Source: Marsupella aquatica
Lineage: Eukaryota; Plantae; Marchantiophyta
Reading direction: 5' to 3'
Assembly: GCA_973895155.1 (NCBI GenBank)
Contig: OZ316896.1
Span: forward strand, 1,488,001 to 1,552,000
DNA: 64,000 nucleotides
A model generated the notes under the pieces. The model was not told where the DNA came from and searched no databases. It saw nothing but the letters and a program-made list of their open reading frames with translations. How positions within the stretch are numbered: position 1 is the stretch's first letter; each line of letters starts with the position of its first letter. The position numbers and the translations under genes were made by a program. Positions 33,067-43,276 of the stretch are shown here, one piece after another.

Positions 33067-34978
33067 ATGGCGCTTGATCATAATCTTAGAATGACCTGGC
33101 GCAAGGCTCTGGAAGCAGAGAATTGTGTCCTGGTTAGGGAGCTGTTGAAAGAGGATGAGAAACTTTTGAAGGAAGGATGGGAGGAGGACGTAGAGGCATC
33201 GGCAAAGCAGAAACCTCGACAGCATTGCACGTTGCAGCCAGAAGAGGTGATGTTGGATTAGCGGAACAGATTCGGAATGTCTTGTATCTGAGCAGCAAGG
33301 AGCGGAGGTGGATGGATTCGATCGACTTTCATCTTTTGGAAGCAATAGACACCGACTATGAGCTAGATGCGCTAGCAATGGCAGTTGTGAATGGCAACCA
33401 GGAGATTGTCAAATTAGTGAAAAGAGCCAGCCTCGATTGTGCATGGAATCCTCATGGCATAAGCCATGAGGATGATCAATTACTTTCTTATGAGGAAAGG
33501 AGAAAACAAAAGGCTGCACCATCGAACCGGACCAGCCTGGAATGCCCAACTAACGCAAAGGACTTTTCCTCACCTTATGGAAACTTATGGAATCTGTATG
33601 GTATAAGCTCTGAGGCCGAGGATGCGGAATGCAAACCTGCACTATGGGTTAATGGGGTACAATCGAAAAACGAGGCGCTATCTGATGGCGAGGCGTTATT
33701 CAGGATAACAGAGAAAGTGTTGTTTGAACTCAAGGACTGTGATCTAGACAAAGTAAAGCTGATGTATCGAAATGACTGCGATTTCAACTTCCCTGAGATA
33801 GAGCTATTTTTCTTTCACTTCACTTTCTCCACATGGATACGTGACGGAATGTTGGATGATCTAGTTCGACCAATTCGAGAGAAAATAGTCTCTCTCGCAA
33901 GAAAAGACAACCGTCTAAAATGCCTGTTAGTAGAACTGTGGGACGGGCAGGTGAGAACGCCGTTGCATGTTGCAGTGGATACTAGAAAGGTCTCCGAATT
34001 TCTCAACCTAATGCACATGGAAACTGGAAGTGGGAACCTCTTTGACGAGGTCTTTAAACATTTGGAATCTGAAGATGGGGACCTCTTTGACGAGCTCGCA
34101 AAACCTGTCCTGAAAGCAATCGACAGCGTCAGAAGGACACCACTATTTCGAGCCGCCGCAAAGAGTGAAGAATTTGCCGTGGTGAGGCTCCTGGAAGATG
34201 GCAGAGTGAATCTCACCGCAGGAATAAAGTTTAGAACAAGGTCATCGAAAGGCATCCATACTTTAGTTTTGCAAGCTGGAGTCGACATCTTGATAAACAA
34301 TGATTCCGGTGAGACAGCAAGTCCAGGATCTGTTTCATCGGAAGAGTTTGTGATGTGGTGGTACGAGATAGAGGTACAGGAGACACAACAAATGCAAAAG
34401 AGTCTTAATGATGCAGCAAATGCAAATTCACCGACTGCTGCTCTAGTGGCCACGGCCTCGTATGTGGGGCCAATGCAAGCCCCACTTGGATACGCTGGAG
34501 AACCTTCAGGCCTGCAAGTAGGAGTTCTACCTGTGAGAATCTTCGTTGTGTGCGACACTCTCTCATTTTATTTGGCCTTGGCTGCAATCATGTTGGCTCT
34601 CCTCCCATTGCTTCCTAAGCCACAACAACCCACTTTAAAATTGTTGGTACGAACGTTGTCGATGGCGCTGTGGCCTTCCTCTTTCCGTCTATCATTTGCA
34701 TACTTATAGCTTTTGGTGCAGGTTCCATTGCACTGATCCAGGAACGTGGATTTTCCCATCATGGTCTCACTATATTGACCACTCTTCTGGGCGGGATTCT
34801 TTGCCTCCGTGTGATAATGTCATTCACAGCTGGGTTGGTGGGCGTGGTAACTACTTTGATATCTGACAACAGGCAAAATGCCAGCACAGTCTGCAGGGAA
34901 TTATTCCTATTGGATTTTGTGCTGTACATCTGCAAGTGCTTCAAGACCATAAAGAACGATTTATTATCGAGAAGGTGA
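33067..34978 (+). pseudogene. Ankyrin-repeat/PGG-domain (ACD6-like) pseudogene, paralog of 43277-46621
   Basis: TALHVAARRG, DALAMAVVNGN, TPLHVAV, TPLFRAAA, SLNDAANA..ALVATASYVGPMQAPLGY. Frameshifts near 33200 and 34660; lacks the middle of the intact paralog (junction ~34230). The 3' flank 34980-35530 matches 46925-47660. Confidence 0.88.
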
Positions 34979-35879
34979 GTGCTATTGGCATGAGTCCTAT
35001 TGGCGACTCATTTCTTGTTGGACGGACAATCTAGCTGGTAAATCATTTCCAGGGCGAGCTAGTCTCTGTGACAATATATCTGTACCTTAAATGGCACACC
35101 GAGCTAGAATGTAACCATCTCGGGATACATTTTGAAAATTGTATACAATCCAAAATGTTGATGCCCCTGCACGACCTAGTGATTGATTTTTGACCTTCTT
35201 CGAGGTCGGCTACGTCCACAGGTACCGCAGTGGGAATGTATGTTACTGTAAAAGCTCAAGGTGGTCTCAGGTTTTTTCGATCCCCACCTCTACTCGATGT
35301 TCCCACTCTTCAGGGCGCTGATTGAAAGGAATGTACTGTGGATCACCGGATCTCCCTTAATCATGGGAACGATGTGCCCGGTGAGGGTATCCGGTGATCC
35401 ACAGGATATTGCATTTGCGGATCACTTCAGAACACCGCAGAGGAAAATAATAGCAGAAGGATAGCATCGGCATTCTTCTTTCCAGCCACAACAAAATGTG
35501 TCAAGTTCCGCGGAGGCACAGACTGCAAAGCACAGGACAGAGTTCGGGATGAAGCAAAATCCTTGTAGATTTAGAAAGGGTACCCAATATCCTCAACGAT
35601 TTAACGTGCTTTGAGGGGAATTGCACTGACGCATCGATTAAAACAGCGGTCTGACATTGAATTTGGCTCTGTTGATTGACAACGATGAAAAGTTACGACC
35701 TTCTGAGTGCGTTGGTAAGTCCAATTATCTTGTAATTGCGCTAGCAGCAACCTGAGAAATCAATCGAATGCGCGAATCCCACGATTTTGTAATCTCCAAT
35801 ATTTAGATTCCAGATTGTTGTTGAGATGAAGTGGCGAGAAGATTAGTCAATTAGTCACTTGCCAATTCAATGCTATGAT

Positions 35880-36540
35880 CAGTTCAATCCACAAACTGCT
35901 CTCGATCTTTCCGTTTCAACTTCAACTCACCAGACATTCCCTCAAGTTTTGCTGATTCAGAAGAGCTGCAGAAAGCTTGGAATCCTCCTGATTTTGCATC
36001 TGGAACCCAAAGGCTTCCTTTCTTTTTCAATGTTTTTTGAGCAGGCGAGGAGCTCCCGTCACGAAGCATGAGCCAGACACGTTCTATAGTCGTTCATGTA
36101 CAGTAATTGAATGCTCCTGGAGTCCTGGTCGCCACCTCGCCATTCTTCGAAGTGACTGTGCATGACAGGTGTATAATAACGATTAATCGTAGTCGGCTAG
36201 ACGGTAGAGTATCCACTACCGAACTTTACACCAAGGACATCAATGTAGCAATGCTGGAATTGGAATACAATCATTCCATAGGGAAATGATTCTCCGCATA
36301 CATTACCCTTTTTTGACTTGAGAGGACTATTGGACCAATCCGGATTTCCGCCATCATTGGAACTTGGAGGTCTTGCCACTCGGGACCAATTTAGTCAAGA
36401 TCGATTTCGATGAGAGATAGAGGACATTGAGTTGTGCATTTCTGTGCAAGATTTGGATGGAGACGACCTTGTAGTCTCGATGTTTCTGAACTCTTCGGGC
36501 GTCTGGTCCGTAGCCGTGAAGTGGCTCCCAAAATCACTGG
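35880..36540 (-). pseudogene. Possible F-box-associated (FBA-like) gene remnant, probably continuing at 37802-37990
   Basis: Minus-strand translation gives LHGYGPDARRVQKHRDYKVVSIQILH...VLYLSSKS, like the GFGYD...DYKVV...VYSS motif. The segment past 37802 gives CSEHYERQTVLPSIL (CNPxTRxxxxLP-like). Many stops. Confidence 0.4.
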
Positions 36541-37801
36541 GGCGCAGATCTTGATGTAGGGAAATTGTCGTGGAGCAACGGGTTCAAAAGTGATTTTGTG
36601 TTCATTCCAAAAGAGAAAATTGAGACACGAACCTTCAACAAGAATCCAACAGCACTACACCAGATCTAGACGTTAAAACTTTAACTGGGATATCTACTAG
36701 TCTTCTCCACGTTGCGATAATTCACAAGCATGAACGCCTCGTGAACATCATTGTTAACAGACTACTTCAAACGCCCGTCACATTTGGCACAATTTTGTGC
36801 GACCTTCCATTTACTTGGCCATTTGCATCCGCTAATTGGAAGGGTGACACATCAACCTATGAAATTGACGCCGCTCGGACGCCATTTTCATCAACTTATG
36901 AAATGTCAACGATACGACTGGCTGTGTTAGTGGGGAGCATACCCATCCTGCAAATAATTCTGAAGGTGATCGTCCACTTCCATTGTTTGACTTGTCCATT
37001 GTCTTGTGATTTTCAAAGTCGGATTGACCGATCTATCTTCTCTCACAGTCAATGTCGATCCCTTTTTCTTTCGGGAACTTAGCATGTATAATCAATTTAG
37101 AGACTACAGTAACAGGCAGTCATACATTTACGCACAGCTCTCATCTCATCCTTCGGTATGAAAGATTGTACAACGGGAGACTATCATCAAAAAGCATCTG
37201 GGAAAGAAAATCTATTCGTAGCAGACTACAGCAAAGCAAGATTTCACCCCTACACGTCAGTGAGAACTGTACAGCTGAGATCGAACAACATGCATGAATC
37301 CATGTTCATGATCATGTCGGACGAGTGACGAGTCACTGATTTGGATTGGCATGAATCTGGTAGAGAAACGGCAATAAACTACTTTTCTCTGATTTTCATG
37401 GGCGCTGTGCGTACTTCAAGTAGTTTCGTTTCTAGATTGGTTTGGTTTCGAGGACATGACTGTGAAAACTACATTTGTACGTTGAACCCTGCATCTACCA
37501 CGCGGAGGACCGGCCCGTTTACTCGGACGGAAGATGAGAAGGAATTGCCGACTTCTCGTTTGGCTGCAGCTAAGGGGAACCCCAGCATCATCAAAGCATT
37601 TCTGAATAGTGACCAAGGAAAGATTGCTACGGCAATAGAGCTTTGCACCATGCAGTAAAGGGAAGGGACGTCACTGTTTATCCTCATTTGGTAGACTTCG
37701 TTCGTTGTGACCACGTTTTGAAGAGGTGATGGAGAGTTATGATCGGTCATGTTCCCGGGTACCCAATCCACGGCGTAGGAAACAATTGCGTGGAGATTCG
37801 G
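36541..37801 (+). pseudogene. Displaced internal fragment of an ankyrin-PGG gene (end of exon 1, intron, start of exon 2)
   Basis: Colinear with 44431-45843 of the intact gene: STSLLHVAIIHKHE, TIRLAVLVGSIPILQIILK|GTGATC, homologous intron, acceptor mutated CAG>CAC at ~37500, then LAAAKGNPSIIKAFLNS. Confidence 0.88.
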
Positions 37802-37996
37802 GATTCCTACGGTAGAATGTATTGCAAGTCGGCTATTTACTTGTATTTGAGGACGGAACTGTCTTGAGGATCGACGGCAGAACTGTTTGTCGCTCATAGT
37901 GCTCACTGCAATTAGTTGTGACGCCACTTGTTACTTCGTAGAATATGATGGTCAACTTAGAAGAAAAACTGGCTTCGACACCCTGCAGATGGGCAG

Positions 37997-38123
37997 GGTG
38001 TGGAAGATGTGTGGAAGATACAGGAGCGGAGGGTGTGTGAAGATGTGTGGAAGATGTGTGGAAGATACAGGAGCGGAGGGTGTGTGAAGATGTGTGGAAG
38101 ATGTGTGGAAGATACAGGAGCGG
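37997..38123. repeat. 47-bp minisatellite (~2.7 copies) built from 11-bp TGTGTGGAAGA subunits
   Basis: caggagcgg at 38021, 38068 and 38115. Confidence 0.9.
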
Positions 38124-38828
38124 TTTCGAGCTGATATGCAACAGAAGGGGATACGCCGTCACCTCTGGTTGAAGCCCCATGCAAGCAATCTCAATGTACC
38201 TGCACACCTTGGAATACTCACTACCGACCTTTAATTGGGTCCCGCCTCCACAAACCACTTTAATTGGGTCCCGCCTCCACAAGAGAGCCCATACTGAGCT
38301 GAACTGTACACGAGTGAACTTTGAATAGGATAATGTTGGTTACAGAGCATTGTGGGATATAACGCCTATAACTAATATATTAATGGAAGTAAAAATTTGA
38401 GCGACTTTTTTTTAACAAAGAAAAAAAAAGTGAATCTTTAAAATAAAAAATTGTCGGAATGATTATTATGATTGACCAAAAATATAATTATATTAAATTC
38501 TATTCATAGATATTTTGTTAAAATCATTATATAAAATTTTGTTAATATCTTGAAATCTTAATTAAATTTTAATTAATTTATTTATTATAGTAAAATTATA
38601 TTTAATTTTTATTTTTACTGTATTTATGATGTTTTGTATAATACCCTCCTAAAAAAAAGGTGCGCGAAAAGTCATGAAAGTCTATACTTAGCTACTCCAC
38701 CTTTGCACCAGGAAATGATTCTCGGCGTGCTTTTCCTGTGCATGTGACTTGAGAGGACCTCCGGGAATTTTCGCATCACTGGAACTTGGAAAAAGGAACT
38801 TGGAGTCTTGGGAGGTGTTGCCACTCAG

Positions 38829-41800
38829 GGAGCAAAATACTTAATGGGGCACTATATTCCTTATGAGCCCCTCAGTTTTCAAATATATTTAATGGCCCCT
38901 TGTCCCTGTAACCCCCCTTTCTCAGTACCTCTCATATTAGTTTTTTCATTTTTTAATTGTCATGTATTGTATAATTTTATCCGTTAGTACACCAGATGTA
39001 CTCTCTAGAAGCAATTCAATATACTTTTGTTTGAAAATAAATATATAATTTATGTACAAAGTATTTAGCACTTCTGACTCCAATATTATCTGCCCATATT
39101 CATTTGTTTCATGTTCAAAACTTCTACGAGGGAAGTAGTACTCAAGGTCCGTAAGTTACTATATGGTGAATGCAACTTTCAGTATTTTGTCTTATTCTAA
39201 CTTCTTTTCTTCTATATTTAATTCAATCAATGTGTCTTACCAAGGTGCATCCCTTGTATACTTTAGATTTTGAATTTAATCTGGCACCCCTCTAAATTTT
39301 TCAATCTTTGATATACTTTTGATCATCCACCCTTTAACAAAACTCAGGGAAGTTCTAGCCCTTAGTGAAGAAGAAATGATCTAATTAAAGTGCACTCCTC
39401 ATGTCTTTAAGTTCTACTCATGGTTTTGTGTCCTAAATTTATGGTTTTAATTAATTTGAGTGTCATTACCTAAGATAAGTACATAAATATCTTTATTGGT
39501 GTATAATATGTGCAGAACCCAATACTATAGACTTAAATTTTTTCTGTTCATTATTACTTTTCTTTACATGTGTATTTTTATTCTTGTACCTTATGTGCAC
39601 AACTTTTCAATGTCACGCTTCCTAATCAATGTCCTATTTATATTTGCCACAAAAAAATTAGATCATCTGTTTTTCACTAAAAAACTTAAACTTTTTGCTA
39701 GAGGACAAAATAACTTTTCATGTTCCAGGATGAGTATGCTATATGGTGAATGCAACTTTCTGTATTTTGTTTTATTCAAACTTTTTTTGTTATGCATTTT
39801 TATTTCAATGTGTCTTACCAAGGTGCATCCCTTGTATGGTTTAGATTTCCAATTTATTCTGGCACCCCTCTATTTTTTTTAAATCTTTGCTATCTTTTAA
39901 GATCATCCACCCTATAACAAAGCTAGTTGAATTTCTAGCCCTTATTCTCTATTGAACATAGACGACAATCGCAACGGCAAGCCCATGAACCATCCAACGC
40001 ACAAGAGTCGACACAGAGAGATACGTGGTTCACCTCCACATGAGGCTACGTCCACGGGAACACACATGAGCTTTACTGCACTCTAGGCCGACCATACCAA
40101 GCATTCACAGCGCAAACTCTCTCTATCCCTCAACTAGCTCTGTAACAATGAGCCTGAGTTCCCCCTCTCCAAGCAAACACCGTTTGGTTATAGAGTGTGC
40201 ACAACATGACTAACCTAACTAAGTCTGTGACTAAGGTTAGCCTTAACTACGGTACATTCGTAACTCTAGACCTAAGAGTAAATACTAACATTTTCATGAG
40301 TTCAGAAGAAATGATCTAAATAATGTGCACACCTTATGTCTTTAAGTACTACTAGTGATTTTGTGTCCTAAATTTATGGTTTTAATTATTTTGAGTGTCA
40401 TTACCTAAAGTAAGTACATAAATATCTCTACTCATGTACATTATGTGCACATCCCAATACCATAAACTTAACCTTTCCTGATCATTATATTTTTCTTTAC
40501 ATGTATACTTTTATTTTTGTACCTTATGTGCACAAGTTTCAATATCATAGACTGTACGTCTTCCTTGTCAATGTCCTGTTTATATTTTAATTACCCGTAT
40601 TTTAATTACCCATATATCACAAAAAAACAAAAAAATGAAGCATGTTCTAGGATGAGCATGCTATACAATACTTAAAGGTCCCTAAGTTTTGCTCCCTTTA
40701 CTTATTTTCTCTCAATTGTTTGGAATTATTAGTACCTGAAAGTATTTCTCCAAAGCATAGTTTACTTGAACTTTAAGGAAGATGAACCAATGGGTTTTTG
40801 TTTGGAATTATTCATACCTGAAAGTATTTCTCCAAAGCATAGTTTCACCTGAACTTTAGGAAGATGAACCAATGGGTTTTGGGTGCTATCCGGGTGCTAT
40901 TATATAAAAGTTGTTTTTTTGCAAATAAATCATGTGGGACTTAAACAATTCTTTGATACTATTTTTTGGAAATATTCACCTTAGACATGAGCATCCTTGA
41001 TGTCATTTTTGTGATTTTTCCTAGATGTGAGCACCTAGTTAGAGTATTTCAGGCAATTTATGCAATGACACTTAAACAACAATTTTTATTCTTTAGCTTA
41101 GTACACAAGGCATTGATTGAATTCACAAGGCATCAATTCAATTCATGAAAATGATTGAGCATATAGGATGCACATAGTAGCAAATGTTAAAGCTGTTATT
41201 AATATGACTTTATAATTTTGAGCTCAATGGAGGTGCAACAACCACAAAATTAGCTATCAAAATCATATTGCAATTCATGTCTCTACGCGTGCTTACTCAA
41301 AGTGACACTAAAAAAGTTCACTTTGCATGTCACACCCTATGATCACAGTCCAATCTGTAAAAACTATGAAGAAATTGGCAAGTTCAGCATGCGGCTTCAC
41401 TCCCGAATCTTGCCTAAGTAATTCAGTTCTGCAAAACCATCACAATCAACCAAGACTTTAGTCTAAAGGGTACTATCAAAGAGGGTACTATCAAAGAGAC
41501 ACATACCCTCATACCTGGAATTCATAAATCCAATGTAGTGAATGAAATGTCTAGTCACCTGTGAAAGGTGAAGCATAGTTGAGATTGTACATTGTTGCGA
41601 TTCTTCTTGTGTGGCCAACACATTGGCTGCACCCTCCTTTGCCAATTCAAGAAAACATTGCACTTGCAATGCGTTAGTAAATCATTCAAGTTGTCCGTCA
41701 TCCAGTGAGGTTCAGATGAATTCTGGGAATTAACATTTCCAAACCTATGGTATGACACATTTGACTCATCATCACTGCTAGGTGCATACTCAGGATAATA

Positions 41801-42333
41801 TTGACCTTCAGGAAAAGCAACATCTTGTGCTTGAGCATAGTGATCACTTAAATCTATGTCTCTTCATACCTTATGCTACTGTTGTTCAAGAAAATAGGAT
41901 ATGACATGTTAGCATATGACATGTCACTGGCTGACCTTCCTATTCCCAATGAGTACTTGGAAAAGTACTTTCAAGCATGAGTACTTTTAGTAATTGTCAG
42001 GGAATAAGTAAAGAGAATAAGTACTCCATACTTTCTGTGCAGGAGTAATATTTAAAATGAATATGAGAGTGACAGGGGCTAAATACTTTGTACATACTAT
42101 GTATGCATATTTTAAACAAGACTACATTGACAATTGATTCTAAATAATATATTTGATGGACTGATGTAGATAATTGTACGACCATGTTACAATTTAAAAT
42201 TGGAAAAAATAATATGACAGACACGTCATGAGAAAGGGTTACAGGGACAAGGGGCCCCCTTAAGTATATTTGGAAAGTGAGGGGCTGGTAAGAAATATCT
42301 TTTCATTAGAAGGGCCCCATCAAGTATTTTTCT
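38829..42333. mobile_element. Non-autonomous Mutator-like element (MULE), ~3.5 kb
   Basis: Exact 9-bp TSD GCCACTCAG at 38820-38828 and 42334-42342. Imperfect ~100-bp TIRs: aaaatacttaatggggc...agcccctca...ggccccttgtccctgtaacc..tttctca at left, reverse complement at 42229-42333. AT-rich interior with a ~580-bp tandem duplication (from ~39155 and ~39738) and an ~82-bp duplication (40719-40880). Confidence 0.88.
39950..40290 (-). mobile_element. Ty1/Copia solo LTR (341 bp) nested in the MULE
   Basis: Minus strand TGTTAG...TCAATA (decayed CA end) with the Copia LTR motif CCGTGGACGTAGCC...GTGAACCACGTA. 5-bp TSD ttctc/ttttc (1 mismatch). Absent from the sister copy of the duplication at ~39362. Confidence 0.85.
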
Positions 42334-42434
42334 GCCACTCAGAACCATTGAAGTAGACTATACTGAGTAGACTATACGGAGTGGTGCCTTTCCTCGCAAC
42401 TGCCGAGTTCTAGTACACGAGACTCCACTCTATG

Positions 42435-42958
42435 TTTTTTTTTTGCCTCGAAAATATCCACTTGAATTACATCCAAAAAGCCAACATACAAGGGTGGCCC
42501 ACATACGGGGTCGGCACCCAAGAGGACCAAAAGGTCAAAAAGCCACAAAGAGGGGGGGGGGGGGGTGGTTGGTTGGGACTCGGCGACAGCACCAGGGAAG
42601 AAGATTTTCCCGGAACTGGAGCTAAACTAAAGATTTAACTACTGTACAAGGAGCGGCAAAACCCCCAAGACAGGCCAGTGAAAAGGGAACTGGGAGGGTT
42701 GCTGAAAACTATAGGCCGAACCTGCAGCAGAGCTCCTCAGCCTGAACACACAGGGGGATTCATGGTGGTCTAACCAGCAGCAGAGCTCCTCAGCCTGAAC
42801 ACACAGGGGGATTCATGGTGGTCTAACCTGCAGCAGAGCTCCTCAGCCTGAACACACAGGGGATTCATTGTGGTAGGGGGAGGAGGACAAGTGGCACTGG
42901 GAGAGTTTGCTCATGGATATCCCACAGCCCAGCCCAGGTCCCATATAGTTAACAGACA
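42435..42958 (-). mobile_element. 5'-truncated LINE-like 3' end
   Basis: Poly-T at 42435-42444 (poly-A on minus strand) after ...gtaattcaagtggatattttcgaggc; poly-G tract; resembles 16881-16960. Confidence 0.5.
42719..42873. repeat. 53-bp tandem repeat, ~2.9 copies
   Basis: cc(t/a)gcagcagagctcctcagcctgaacacacagggggattcat at 42721, 42774 and 42827. Confidence 0.92.
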
Positions 42959-43066
42959 TGTCATTGAGAGCTTCTGCAAATGAGGACTTGCCAGTCTGAA
43001 TTCTGGACTTGTGTCATTGAGCGCTTCTGCAAATGAGGACTTGCCGGTCTGAATTCTGGACTTGTG
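42959..43066. repeat. 53-bp tandem duplication upstream of the ankyrin-PGG gene
   Basis: tgtcattgag(a/c)gcttctgcaaatgaggacttgcc(a/g)gtctgaattctggacttg at 42959 and 43012. Confidence 0.9.
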
Positions 43067-43276
43067 TTTGGCCCAATCACGACGGAGGTGTTTCTGAATT
43101 CTTGGGGTGTCTGGCTGTAGGGTATTTGCCGTTTCCTCAGTGGGACCACCAGCCATATCGCAGTCCAGTAGTTCAGTTTTTAGAAGTCTGGTTGGCCTTT
43201 AAGCATCCGCTTGAATTCTATTCAACGAGATTGGCTCGGAACTCTGCGCAAGTCTGTGAGGGTCACTTACCGGAGA

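Noticed and set aside
33815-34558. 247-aa minus-strand ORF and similar antisense ORFs over FCLY, DXS and the ATPase
   Set aside because: Antisense shadows of real coding frames with no independent motifs.
35205-35225. Copia LTR motif (ggctacgtccac)
   Set aside because: Isolated 12-mer inside the flank paralogous to ~47230; no LTR termini or TSD.
37997-38123. CRISPR-like or telomere-like array
   Set aside because: Head-to-tail minisatellite with no unique spacers, not TTTAGGG-based, in eukaryotic nuclear context.
39496-39882. 128-aa hydrophobic ORF
   Set aside because: Product of AT-rich duplicated sequence inside the MULE; the sister copy is not open.
42719-42873. CRISPR array
   Set aside because: Contiguous 53-bp units with no spacers and no cas genes.
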